Positions 39,800-49,484 of a DNA stretch of 64,000 bases are shown piece after piece (within the stretch, counting starts at the first letter, position 1; the number at the start of each line of letters is the position of its first letter). The translations under genes and the position numbers were made by a program. Origin of the DNA: an uncultured Methanocellaceae archaeon (GTDB taxonomy: Archaea; Halobacteriota; Methanocellia; Methanocellales; Methanocellaceae); contig CAVYKK010000029.1 of assembly GCA_963769045.1 (NCBI GenBank), forward strand, positions 24,211 to 88,210, read 5' to 3'. The notes under the pieces are model-generated. The model had not been told where the DNA came from. It searched no databases and worked only from the letters and a program-made list of their open reading frames with translations.

Positions 39800-40195
39800 A
39801 TGAAGAAAATGATTGCACTGAGTATTCTGTTCGTGCTGGCCTTTGCACTGGTTGCCCCGGCTGGCGCGAGCCTGGTCGGGACCGCGTTCGGTTTCCCGAC
39901 GATCACACAGACTGGTACGACGACTGCGTTCAACAGGGACACGGCTGCCGCAACGGACACTGAGGCATTTGCCCTGTCGTTCCCGACGACCGGCGAATCG
40001 GACTTTGTCGCTCTGCCCGGACTTCCGACCGGTGGCGCGTTCAATCTCGCTTTCCCGTCGATCGCCCAGACTGTAGCCCAGACGCAGGTGCTCACGCACT
40101 GTGACTTCGCCACGACCACTGAGGAGGCAGCGTTCTCCTATCCGTTCGTCGGTGTCGGCGGCGTCGCAATCCCGGGCTTCGGCTTCGGGTTCTGA
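39800..40195 (+). CDS. Small secreted Thr/Phe/Gly-rich protein with internal duplication
   Basis: Signal peptide; 'FGFPTITQT...TDTEAFALSFP' and 'LAFPSIAQT...TTEEAAFSYP'; ends GFGFGF. Confidence 0.75.
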   Translation: MKKMIALSILFVLAFALVAPAGASLVGTAFGFPTITQTGTTTAFNRDTAAATDTEAFALSFPTTGESDFVALPGLPTGGAFNLAFPSIAQTVAQTQVLTHCDFATTTEEAAFSYPFVGVGGVAIPGFGFGF

Positions 40196-40336
40196 GCAGG
40201 ATTCCGTAAGACAAATAACCCTAAAATTGTGGCGGGGATTTATTTTTCCCCCACCCTCTTTATTTTATTTTTGCACATGGGAGCTATTGATCGGCAGCAG
40301 GCAGCATGACGACGAAGCCTGCGGGCTTCGTATAGG

Positions 40337-41956
40337 TCATGTTACAGGCAACATGACCACGAACCTCGCCCCTCCCCGGTGGTTCCCGGGCGTCCTGTCC
40401 TCGACCCAGGTCTTGCCTTTGAAGCTCTCGGCGAGCGATTTTACCAGGTATAAGCCCAGGCCTATGCCCTTCGCCCGGGCAGACCCTTTCGACATCCGGT
40501 TGAAAATGGCATTCTTCAGGTCGTCGGAAATGCCAGGGCCGTTGTCCTCGACTGACACGCGGCAACAGGTGCGGTCATTCACCTCCACCCGGTCGAGGTT
40601 AATAGAAATGTCGGCACGATCCCCGGTGTGTTTGATCGCATTGCTAACGAGGTTGGCGAAAATGTCATGCAGCAGCTCGTTGGCCCGGACATAACAATGC
40701 TTGTTGCCGTTTAAGTTCAGTGTGACCGCCTTGTCGGGCACCGCACCGAACTCCCGGTGCACGCTATCGAGCACCTTTACCACGTCCACTTTATCCGTTC
40801 GGAACACGCCCTCCCTGAGCTTCTGCAGCTTCCGCAGGTTCTGGATGAGCCGGGCGCTTCGCTGCAGCACTTCGATGGACTTATCGAGGAACTCGATCTG
40901 TCCGCTGTCGGCCGGCACGTCTCGCGCCATCTCGAGATAGCCCAGCGCGATCTGGTGCATGTTATTAATATCGTGGCCCATCAGGTCCAGGTAGAGCTCT
41001 ACCTGGTCTTTCGCGTTCTTGAGCTCCACCTCGGCCCGCTTGCGCTCGGTGATGTCCCGCACGGCGGCGCAATTGTACTCCTGGCCCCTGTAAAAGAGGT
41101 AGTTTACGGACAATTCCACCGGGATCTCGCGGCCGTCCTTCGTGATGAACGTATTTTCGAAGATCAGCGATCCGCGCCGCTTGAGCTCATCCCGGTGTTC
41201 AGCCCAGTTACGCTTGTTGTGCAGGGTGTTGACGTCGAACACTCTCTTTCCCAGGAGCTCTTCCCTGGTGTAGCCCAGTGTACGGCATGCCGCATTATTC
41301 ACGTAGGTGAAATGCCCGTCGGGCGCGACCCAGAAGATCATGTCGTTCGCCCGGTCGATGGAAAATTGCGCCAGGCGCAGCTTTTCTTCCCGGTCTTTCT
41401 GCGCCGTGATGTCCCGGCTGACCCAGCGGTACCCACAGAAAACGTCCCGGTCATCGAAGACTGGTGTGCCGTTCGTCTCAAGTACGATTATGCGGCCATC
41501 CTTTCTCCGGACCCGGTGCTCCGTATGCTCTACCGGCTGGTGCGTATTATAAATTTGTAAAAATCCTGTGAAAATATCTCCGGTTTCATCGGGTAACAGG
41601 AAGTCAGAGGGTTTCTTGCCAGTTATCTCATCCGTCCTGTAGCCAAGTATATCCATGGTTTTTGGGCTTGCATATATGCAGATGAAACGATCGTCAGTCT
41701 CCCAGATCATCTCGTTAATGATCCCGACGATACTGCGGAATCGCTCTTCGCTGCGCTGTAAAGCATCTTCAGTCTGTTGTGGCCGGATGCCGGTCTCCTC
41801 GCCCCCCGGCACAGGTGCCTGACCCGGGTAGTTTTGCTCCCTGCAAATAGGATTAAGACCTTCGATGTGATCCCGGAGCGACAGGATTTCGTCGATCAGC
41901 CGTTCCCGGGTATAGCCATCATATCGGGTACCGTCTACACCTGGTTCTTCTTTCAT
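40337..41956 (-). CDS. Two-PAS-domain sensor histidine kinase
   Basis: Two PAS/PAC units ('RDIT'), H-box 'MGHDINN', N-box 'NLVSNAIKH', 'EDNGPGI', 'GIGLGLYLV'. Start uncertain (ORF track gives 42136). Confidence 0.9.
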   Translation of the reverse strand: MKEEPGVDGTRYDGYTRERLIDEILSLRDHIEGLNPICREQNYPGQAPVPGGEETGIRPQQTEDALQRSEERFRSIVGIINEMIWETDDRFICIYASPKTMDILGYRTDEITGKKPSDFLLPDETGDIFTGFLQIYNTHQPVEHTEHRVRRKDGRIIVLETNGTPVFDDRDVFCGYRWVSRDITAQKDREEKLRLAQFSIDRANDMIFWVAPDGHFTYVNNAACRTLGYTREELLGKRVFDVNTLHNKRNWAEHRDELKRRGSLIFENTFITKDGREIPVELSVNYLFYRGQEYNCAAVRDITERKRAEVELKNAKDQVELYLDLMGHDINNMHQIALGYLEMARDVPADSGQIEFLDKSIEVLQRSARLIQNLRKLQKLREGVFRTDKVDVVKVLDSVHREFGAVPDKAVTLNLNGNKHCYVRANELLHDIFANLVSNAIKHTGDRADISINLDRVEVNDRTCCRVSVEDNGPGISDDLKNAIFNRMSKGSARAKGIGLGLYLVKSLAESFKGKTWVEDRTPGNHRGGARFVVMLPVT

Positions 41957-42258
41957 AATGACACCTGCGGACATCGATAACGGAGTAAGCAATGCCCGGC
42001 TCTCGATTCGGGAGCCGTATTTTGCAGTTAACAAAACAATTACTATTATAAATATTTTTATTATATTTTTTTCAAGAGAAGGCGGAAAAGCATACGGGGC
42101 GACCGCATTATCATCGCTTCGGGGCCTGGTAGTCACGTAATGTACCCGGTTGAACCAGCCCGGTCCGGCGCTCGTATAATCCCGGATCGACTATTTGCAG
42201 GCTGCATATGGTATGTGTTCCGTGACATAGTTTAATTTTAATCGTGTGCAATATAGCC

Positions 42259-43374
42259 ATGGGAGGAATATCTGTGGATAGCCGCAGGGAACAGGTCAGG
42301 GAATATCTAAGCGACGTATACGGCAAGCCCGTCGAAGTCATACGCATCGCAGAGCTGGGCGCCGAGCCCGGCGAGTCCGCGCTGAAAGGGTTCGGCTACG
42401 GCAAGCCGTACATCATCGATTTTATTTTAGAAGGCCAGGCAGCATCGGCCGTACTTTCGTCCATGCGCGTCCAGAAGGGATTCGGCCACGACACGTTCGC
42501 CGATCGCGCCTCACTGATGCTCTGGTCTAACATGTCGTTCAATGTGCTGCCGCGCCACGTGCGGTCGATCGACGTCGGTTACTTCACCGAGTATGGCGGC
42601 TTGAAAAGCGCCGGCGACGCTGATGAGTTTTTCATCCTGATGGACCGGGTGAGCGGCATCGAGTACTATCGCGACCTGGACAGGATTACGGAGTCGGGCT
42701 TCTTCACCGATCTGGACAGGGACCGGGCCATCGCGCTGTCGGATTATCTCGTCTACATCCACCAGCAAAAACACGACGACCGCGTGCTCTGGGACCGCCG
42801 GATCCGCGAACTCATTGGCTCCGGCGAGTGCATCATGGGGCTGGACGACAGCTATCCCGACGGCTTCAGGTTTTATTCGGCTGCGGACTTCGAGCGCATG
42901 GAGCAGGAATGCGTAAGCTGGCGATGGAAGCTCAAGCCGCGGTTCGAGCGGCTATGCGTGGTGCATGGCGACTTCCACCCATGGAACCTGATGTTTCGCA
43001 ACGGGACCGATTTCACCGCGCTCGACCGAAGCCGGGGGGAGTATGGCGAGGCGGCGGACGACGTGTCCTGCATGAGCCTGAACTACCTGTTCTACTCGCT
43101 CCGGAAATACGGGCGTCTCGATAAAGAGTTCGAAGTCCTGTGGGACCTCTTCATGGAAAACTACCTGGTGAAATCAGGCGACTTCGAGATGCTACAGATT
43201 ATCCAGCCATTCTACGCATTCAGGGCGCTGGTGGTGGCCAGCCCGGTCTGGTATCCTACCCTTGACGCAAGCGTACGTATCAAGCTGTTCAACTTCATCG
43301 ATAACGTGCTGGCGGCAGACGAGTTTGACTATAAGGATGTCAACAAATACCTGAAACCCGGTAAGAGGCAATAG
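42259..43374 (+). CDS. Aminoglycoside/choline-kinase-like phosphotransferase
   Basis: 'VHGDFHPWN' and 'LDRSRG...ADDV' catalytic motifs. Confidence 0.8.
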   Translation: MGGISVDSRREQVREYLSDVYGKPVEVIRIAELGAEPGESALKGFGYGKPYIIDFILEGQAASAVLSSMRVQKGFGHDTFADRASLMLWSNMSFNVLPRHVRSIDVGYFTEYGGLKSAGDADEFFILMDRVSGIEYYRDLDRITESGFFTDLDRDRAIALSDYLVYIHQQKHDDRVLWDRRIRELIGSGECIMGLDDSYPDGFRFYSAADFERMEQECVSWRWKLKPRFERLCVVHGDFHPWNLMFRNGTDFTALDRSRGEYGEAADDVSCMSLNYLFYSLRKYGRLDKEFEVLWDLFMENYLVKSGDFEMLQIIQPFYAFRALVVASPVWYPTLDASVRIKLFNFIDNVLAADEFDYKDVNKYLKPGKRQ

Positions 43375-43375
43375 C

Positions 43376-43924
43376 ATGGCCTGGACGGTATGGTTCACCG
43401 GCCTCCCGGGCAGCGGAAAGACGACGATCGCCCATGCCACGCAAAAGTACCTGGAAGACAGAGGCGTCAGGGCGAAAGTCTTAGAGCTGGATGAGATAAG
43501 GAAAGTGCTGACGCCACACCCGAAGTACTCGGAGCAGGAACGGTCGGTCGTGTATGCGGCGCTCACCTATATGGCAAAGCTGCTGGTCGACGAAGGGATC
43601 AACGTGATCATCGATGCGACGGGCAACCTCCGCAGGTACCGTGACGGCGCCCACGTACTGATCAGCGACTTCGGGGAGGTATACATCAAATGCCCGCTGG
43701 AAGTCTGCATGGCGAGGGAGTCGGGCAGGAAGGCGCAGTTTGCGCCTGCCGGTATTTACAAAAAGGGAAAAACCGGCAGGAGCGCCACCGTGCCTGGCCT
43801 GAACGTGCCCTACGAGGAGCCGCTCAGGCCCATCGCCACTGTCGACTGCCAGATGACGCCGGATGAGGCGGGTAAACAGGCGGCGGATGCGATTCTGGAG
43901 CACTTCGGAGGCACGCATGGATGA
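43376..43924 (+). CDS. Adenylyl-sulfate kinase family P-loop kinase
   Basis: 'WFTGLPGSGKTTIA', 'EVYIKCPLEVC', 'PGLNVPYEEP'. Confidence 0.8.
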   Translation: MAWTVWFTGLPGSGKTTIAHATQKYLEDRGVRAKVLELDEIRKVLTPHPKYSEQERSVVYAALTYMAKLLVDEGINVIIDATGNLRRYRDGAHVLISDFGEVYIKCPLEVCMARESGRKAQFAPAGIYKKGKTGRSATVPGLNVPYEEPLRPIATVDCQMTPDEAGKQAADAILEHFGGTHG

Positions 43925-44738
43925 CATGTACCTGGTGAAACGCCTGGCCGAAAAGGTCCGGGACAGCACGAAGGCATATGTGGCGGACAACAAGGACTTC
44001 GCGGAAGTGATCAGGCACAGGCCGAAGGATGTGACTCGTAAGCTCGACATGTATGCGGAGCAGGCGCTCGACGCGGCCATTGCCAACGAAGGCATAACGG
44101 CGCACGTCATATCCGAGGAGATCGGGGAACGCATCGTGCCTGCCGGCAGCCGCCCGGAATGCACGCTGTTGCTGGATCCCGTGGACGGCTCGAATAACGT
44201 TGCGGCCGGCATACCGTATTATTGCACCTCACTGGCCCTTTCCAGGAAGAGCGAAGGTGCAACTTTTGCGGATATCGATGCTGCAGCTGTAGCCAGCAAC
44301 TGCTGCGGGACTTTTTATGCGTCAAAAGGACGCGGCGCGTTCATGGATGGAAAGAAGATCAGCCCCGTGCGACGGGAAGGAAAACCTGCTTATGCGATAT
44401 ACTCATACGGCGCCGGCGCTATGCCGGGCGGCCTGATCGCCTTACAGGAGGACGAGGACTGTATCGTACGTACCATGGGCAGCATCGCGCTGGATATATG
44501 CATGGTCGCCCGCGGCTCCTTCGACGCGGTCGTAGACACTCGGAACAAAGTCAGCGGCTACGACATTATGGGAGCGGCGCTCATTCTTCTTGAGGCCGGC
44601 GGCCATATCTGCCGCACCGACGGCCTTGGCATCAACGAGTTGCCGCTCGATGCCAGTGGCGTCTCAATCATTGCTGCGTCAAACCAGGGACTCACAGACA
44701 GGCTGCTGACAGTCGTAAGCATAAGAAAGCATGAATAG
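43917..44738 (+). CDS. Inositol monophosphatase / FBPase family protein
   Basis: 'SEE', 'LDPVDGSNN', 'RTMGSIALD', 'YDIMGAALILLEAGG'. Confidence 0.88.
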   Translation: MDDMYLVKRLAEKVRDSTKAYVADNKDFAEVIRHRPKDVTRKLDMYAEQALDAAIANEGITAHVISEEIGERIVPAGSRPECTLLLDPVDGSNNVAAGIPYYCTSLALSRKSEGATFADIDAAAVASNCCGTFYASKGRGAFMDGKKISPVRREGKPAYAIYSYGAGAMPGGLIALQEDEDCIVRTMGSIALDICMVARGSFDAVVDTRNKVSGYDIMGAALILLEAGGHICRTDGLGINELPLDASGVSIIAASNQGLTDRLLTVVSIRKHE

Positions 44739-44780
44739 GCTGGCTTGCCTTGCGTGCATACGATGACGCCCGAAACATGT

Positions 44781-45524
44781 TTAGCGGCTTTTCAGCGGGA
44801 AACCCCACTTTCCCTGTACCCTGGCCCGTTCTTTCTCGAACTCCTCAGGATGTTCTTCGAGATACTTGATCTTGCGGTAACATGCGGCCACCGCCTCGCG
44901 TGACCTTTCAGAGGTCAAAGACCAGAACCGGTCGGCGTAGACGCTGGAAAACTCTTCGGAAAAGATTTCACAGATGATGTCAAGCGTGCCATACGTGCAG
45001 CTTACCTGGCAGAACTTGTTGGCCACTGCATCTCCGAAGGCTGCCGCGAACAGGCCGCTATTGAAGCCGAACTTCCGGGATGCCAGCTCGCATAGTTTTG
45101 TCAGCGTGTCGAAAATGCTTTTCCGGATGTCGATCCGGTCCCAGTCCAGCGGACGGCTGTGGTAGATACGGTGGTGCTCCAATACCTCGGCTGCAGCGAT
45201 GGGCGCTTTACCACCATATACTCTTTCATCAGGGGCCGTCACTTCCACGCCCCATACGATATCGATGTCCTGCCATGGCGGCGCCGGGCCGATGTCGGCG
45301 AGGTCTGCGAACAGCAGCCGCAGGTCGCGCCATAGCTCGCTGATCGTGTCTCTCACTGGCCGGTCGAGGTCCGGGCGTATCATGAGTACCAGCCGGCCGT
45401 CGTCGATCGCACTCTCAAACCGGGCAGGGAACCCCTCCAGCCCTTCGTACTCAATAGGCAGAAAGAAGCCTACCCTGTCGCCGATCTTCTCTATCATTGC
45501 ATCCGTGTGGTCCAGGATTTTCAT
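44781..45524 (-). CDS. Hypothetical protein
   Basis: 247-aa ORF with natural composition filling the gap; no motif recognised. Confidence 0.65.
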   Translation of the reverse strand: MKILDHTDAMIEKIGDRVGFFLPIEYEGLEGFPARFESAIDDGRLVLMIRPDLDRPVRDTISELWRDLRLLFADLADIGPAPPWQDIDIVWGVEVTAPDERVYGGKAPIAAAEVLEHHRIYHSRPLDWDRIDIRKSIFDTLTKLCELASRKFGFNSGLFAAAFGDAVANKFCQVSCTYGTLDIICEIFSEEFSSVYADRFWSLTSERSREAVAACYRKIKYLEEHPEEFEKERARVQGKWGFPLKSR

Positions 45525-45577
45525 GGCCGTTAGAAAAATAGGCTACCATGTTTATTAATTAGCAGCTTCGTTGAAAG

Positions 45578-45650
45578 CGGGTGCCCGATTTCGTCACAAT
45601 CGGGTGCCCGATTTCGTCACAATCGGGTGCCGGATTTCGTTGTAATCGGG
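45578..45650. repeat. 23-bp tandem repeat (three copies plus a partial) with internal palindromes
   Basis: CGGGTGCCCGATTTCGTCACAAT at 45578 and 45601, with a variant at 45624. Confidence 0.85.
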
Positions 45651-45718
45651 AGTGCAGTCGCCCGCCGTGACAATAAATCTATAAGGCATAAGGCAAAATC
45701 ATATTCGATTCAGTGATT

Positions 45719-46429
45719 ATGACAGACAAGCTGCACATAGCCTGGGGCGTGACAGGCGCGGGCCACTACCTGAAGGAGTCCTACGCAGTGATGGCCGGAC
45801 TCAGGAAAGACGGCCATGACGTCACCTCATTCGTCTCCAGGGCAGGTGAAGAAGTGTCTAGAATGTATGGGATGTTCGACGACCTGAAGACCGTATCGGA
45901 TGGCTCTTACCTCAACGAGATTTACCTGGACTCCGCCCAGGGCTCCAGCTTCCCGAAGATCGGCCGGTTCAACCTGAAGCGCTACGACCTGTTCGTGCTC
46001 ACCCCGGCCACATCGAATACCGTAGCCAAAATCGTCTATGGCATCGCGGACACGCTAGTGACTAACTGTGCGGCCCAGGCCATGAAAAGTGGCGTGCCAT
46101 GCTACATTGTCCCGGTCGACCAGGAGAACGACGTGGTCTCGGAAATGCCGTATACCATCGATCGGACAAAGTGTGGTATCTGCGAGAGTTGTCCGCCGGA
46201 GGAAGCCTGTCCCAACGAAGCCATTGACCGGCAGATCGACCTGCTGAAGTGCCAGGGATGCGGTACGTGCGTGCCACTGTGCCCCGAGAGTGCAATTTCG
46301 GGCGGTGGCCCGGTGCCGGTGTCCATCCGCAAAGTGGACGCCAGGAACACGAGGATGCTGGCAGAAATGGAAGGCGTGAGGATCTTCATGAGCCCGCGGC
46401 AGGTGCTCGAAGCTGTCCGCAAGAGTTAA
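45719..46429 (+). CDS. dmrX: Archaeal flavoprotein with two [4Fe-4S] motifs; dihydromethanopterin reductase DmrX-like
   Basis: 'IAWGVTGAGH', 'PATSNTVAKIVYGIADTLVTN' (HFCD/AfpA fold) plus CxxCxxC...CP and CxxCxxCxxxCP. Confidence 0.75.
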   Translation: MTDKLHIAWGVTGAGHYLKESYAVMAGLRKDGHDVTSFVSRAGEEVSRMYGMFDDLKTVSDGSYLNEIYLDSAQGSSFPKIGRFNLKRYDLFVLTPATSNTVAKIVYGIADTLVTNCAAQAMKSGVPCYIVPVDQENDVVSEMPYTIDRTKCGICESCPPEEACPNEAIDRQIDLLKCQGCGTCVPLCPESAISGGGPVPVSIRKVDARNTRMLAEMEGVRIFMSPRQVLEAVRKS

Positions 46430-46713
46430 GTGCTTATAACAAATACGAGGTTGTGTGACACCCCCTCAGTAAAATGAATGAGTTTGGTGAAGCCATCATT
46501 TTGTTGAAATCGGGGGTGTCATTATGGTATGACAGAGCGCCGCCATGAACGCCGCTATCACCGGAAGTAGGATACAACTTTCCGACATATAATCTTTTCC
46601 CATGAAATGCTATTTTAGCTATCCTTAGATATGCTTGCATGCCTGCATGGCCTCATGGCATGCACCCGCAGGAACGGGGGATGAAGGATTTATTATCGAA
46701 GCGCAGATGATGA

Positions 46714-47460
46714 ATGATGCTGGATATTGATCAGGCTGTACAAGCGGCGTTTAACGCTCATGCGATGCCGGGCTATGGCCTGTTCTTCTACGCCATTACG
46801 CTGTTGGGCAGCGCGTACCTGTGGATTGCCGTGCTGACAATCGCTCTGTTGTCCGGCCAATGGAAGAAGATAGCTGCCATACTGATCATAGTGATCGTTT
46901 CCGGGATGGTCGTGAATGAAGACTTAAAGGATATCGTGCAGCGCATGAGGCCGGGAGACGTATGGGGAGGGAGCTATTTTTCTCTGCATAATTATTCGTT
47001 CCCCAGCGGCCATACGGAAACCGCCTTTATCATCGCCACGGTGCTGTCCGCCTTCATCGCCTGGCGCTACAGCCTGGTCACTTACCTGCTGGCCCTCGCA
47101 GTGGGGGTAAGCCGGATGTACCTGGGCGTCCACTATTTTACCGACGTAATCGGCGGTGCTATTACCGGCATCGCCATCGGATGGCTGACAATAATAGCCT
47201 TATACAAAATCGGACTTGTAAAGAACAATGTGTTGGCATCAAAAATTTGCTATGCCATGAACATTCATGTGATCGACACGTCACAAGAAACAGACACGAC
47301 CCGGGCATTTGTTTCGCTCTTTTTCGGACTGGCGGCAGCCATGGTACTTTTACTGACGGGAGAATACATCCTGTCTATGGCGGCATTGTCGTTTACCTAC
47401 ATCCGACTACTGACTGGCACGGGCCAGCCTGGAAAGGCGGTGACTCATGGGCCGCAGTAG
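46714..47460 (+). CDS. PAP2 family membrane phosphatase
   Basis: 'K...RMRP', 'SFPSGH', 'SRMYLGVHYFTDV'. Confidence 0.9.
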   Translation: MMLDIDQAVQAAFNAHAMPGYGLFFYAITLLGSAYLWIAVLTIALLSGQWKKIAAILIIVIVSGMVVNEDLKDIVQRMRPGDVWGGSYFSLHNYSFPSGHTETAFIIATVLSAFIAWRYSLVTYLLALAVGVSRMYLGVHYFTDVIGGAITGIAIGWLTIIALYKIGLVKNNVLASKICYAMNIHVIDTSQETDTTRAFVSLFFGLAAAMVLLLTGEYILSMAALSFTYIRLLTGTGQPGKAVTHGPQ

Positions 47461-48484
47461 AATGCCTGTAACACGCTCGCTGGCGATGGTTGATCGCGGA
47501 CTGTCAGTACTGGTACTGATCCTGGGCATTATTATGGTATACCTGGCGATAACGACAGGAAACCTGACGATTGCGCTCGCATCGCTCATCTTCATCTTCG
47601 TTGGCCTGGCCAAGCTGCGGAGTGTCATCCCGGGTATGTTCAGGAAGATAAGAAAAGCGGGCGCCGTCGAACAGACAGCTTATAAGAACGTCCTGCTCCC
47701 GGTCTCCAGGCCGGAAGCCGTAGAGAGCATGGTGAAGATGGCCGCGGACGTTTTGAGCCCCGGAGGAAAGCTGATCATTGCCAATGTGATCGTGCTGCCC
47801 CCACAGCTCCCGACGGGAGCCGCGGTGAAAAAGGACAGCGCAAGGGCGCTGATCCGGGAAGCTACCGGCTATGCCAGCCGGATGGGCGTGGATGCGAAAG
47901 CGGAGATAGTCACGGCAAGGACCGCGTCCGAAGCGATCCTGGACCGCGCGAGGGAGCACAAGTGCGACCTGATCATCATGGGGTCCAGCCAGCGCACGGC
48001 CACGGAAAAAATGCTCTTTGGCAACGTGGCGGATGTCGTGCTGCGGCATGCGTCCTGCGACGTGATGGTGTTGAGTTACACAAATGTGCCTCATCCGGTC
48101 AATTACAGTAAAATCCTGGTACCCACGGCAGGATACCGGCATTCTGCCCGGGCGCTGGATGTTGCCGTCGACATCGTGAAGAAGAACGGCGGAAAAATTA
48201 CTTCACTGTACGTCGGTTCTGAAACCGATGCCGTAAAGGGAAACCGCATTCTTGCGGACGCCAGGCAGCGAGCAGAACAGGAGGGCGTCAGGATTGAGAC
48301 GAAGTTTACGACAGGCAATGTCGGGGACGCCATCCTCGGCATCGCAAGGGACGGCGGCTATTCGCTGATCATTATTGGAGCTACCGAGCACCCGAAATAC
48401 TACACGGCACTGGCAGGCAACATCGCGGACAACGTAGTCAGGCGGGCGCCCTGCGATGTCCTCGTGGTGAGGACTAAAGCGTAA
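47447..48484 (+). CDS. Membrane-anchored tandem universal stress protein
   Basis: Two N-terminal TMs and two USP domains ('DLIIMGSS...FGNVADVVLRHASCDV', 'GNIADNVVRRAPCDV'). Confidence 0.88.
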   Translation: MGRSRMPVTRSLAMVDRGLSVLVLILGIIMVYLAITTGNLTIALASLIFIFVGLAKLRSVIPGMFRKIRKAGAVEQTAYKNVLLPVSRPEAVESMVKMAADVLSPGGKLIIANVIVLPPQLPTGAAVKKDSARALIREATGYASRMGVDAKAEIVTARTASEAILDRAREHKCDLIIMGSSQRTATEKMLFGNVADVVLRHASCDVMVLSYTNVPHPVNYSKILVPTAGYRHSARALDVAVDIVKKNGGKITSLYVGSETDAVKGNRILADARQRAEQEGVRIETKFTTGNVGDAILGIARDGGYSLIIIGATEHPKYYTALAGNIADNVVRRAPCDVLVVRTKA

Positions 48485-49406
48485 CTTTTTCACCGGGCAG
48501 CCTGCGGGCAAGCTCGTCCAGCTCGTCGATGACTCTCTGCGGCGTATATGTCCGGAGATCGGCGACCTCGTCCCTGCTTAGCATATCCGGGGCCAGCGGC
48601 ACCGAAACGCCCTCTATGACAGATGCGCTTTCCATGTGCAGGCTTCCGAGCGGCACACGGCATAAATGTCCCGATGGCGTCTGCGAGGGGTCGACAGTGA
48701 TGAGGCCGGGGCGCCTGACGTGCCCTCCCGCTATCGGCACTTTCGACGTGTCAGTCACCCGGTCGATGAGCCGGTCTGTCAGAGTATGGCCTTTCCCGGA
48801 ATATTCGATCTGCTCCCTGTAAAACGAGGCGGGCTGCATCTCTTTCATGGACAGCGTGACGTGAAAGGAGCTGCCGGTCCACGAGACCAACGGGCGGCCG
48901 TAAAGCATATCTGCGGCTGGCTCGTCTTCCTGTACAGCCTTTACAAGATGTGCCGCTACCTCGATGGCATCTTCCGCCGACATGCTTTTGCCCCGGTCGA
49001 TGTCATACACGATACGGTTGATCTCCCGGCCTCCGCCTTCCCGGTTGGTCGCATAATGAAAGCCCATGTACTTGCGTGGCACGAAGTAGAACCACGTGAG
49101 TGCCTGGTCTGGCGACAGTACGTGCCTTGCGGCGTCCAGGTGCTCGAACTTTCTTCTTGCCCCCATCATAGCAGGCGTGACAGCCCGGGCCATCGGACCG
49201 ATCAATAACGGCGGATTCCAGGAGCCCCGTTTTACGACCACGGGTACCCTGCCTTTCGGCAGCCATGTCCTGGTGGCGAGCTCTCGCCCGTGCAGGTACG
49301 GCTGCAGCTTTTCTGCGACCAGCCCGTAATACAGGAGGAGGTCAAGATCTCCGTAAGGGCGCAGGATATCTTCGACGCCGGCCGCATATTCCCGCAGAGT
49401 TGCCAT
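48474..49406 (-). CDS. Stand-alone AEP primase/polymerase (LigD Pol-like)
   Basis: Motif I 'VYDID', motif II 'SWTGSSFHV', motif III 'VDPSQT...RVPLGS'. Confidence 0.65.
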   Translation of the reverse strand: MATLREYAAGVEDILRPYGDLDLLLYYGLVAEKLQPYLHGRELATRTWLPKGRVPVVVKRGSWNPPLLIGPMARAVTPAMMGARRKFEHLDAARHVLSPDQALTWFYFVPRKYMGFHYATNREGGGREINRIVYDIDRGKSMSAEDAIEVAAHLVKAVQEDEPAADMLYGRPLVSWTGSSFHVTLSMKEMQPASFYREQIEYSGKGHTLTDRLIDRVTDTSKVPIAGGHVRRPGLITVDPSQTPSGHLCRVPLGSLHMESASVIEGVSVPLAPDMLSRDEVADLRTYTPQRVIDELDELARRLPGEKVTL

Positions 49407-49484
49407 AATTGACTGTATGAGGCTGAAAGATAAATGCGTTCGTTCGAAAAAAGAGGGAAGGGCCGGTCGGCCGGCCCTGCATTT

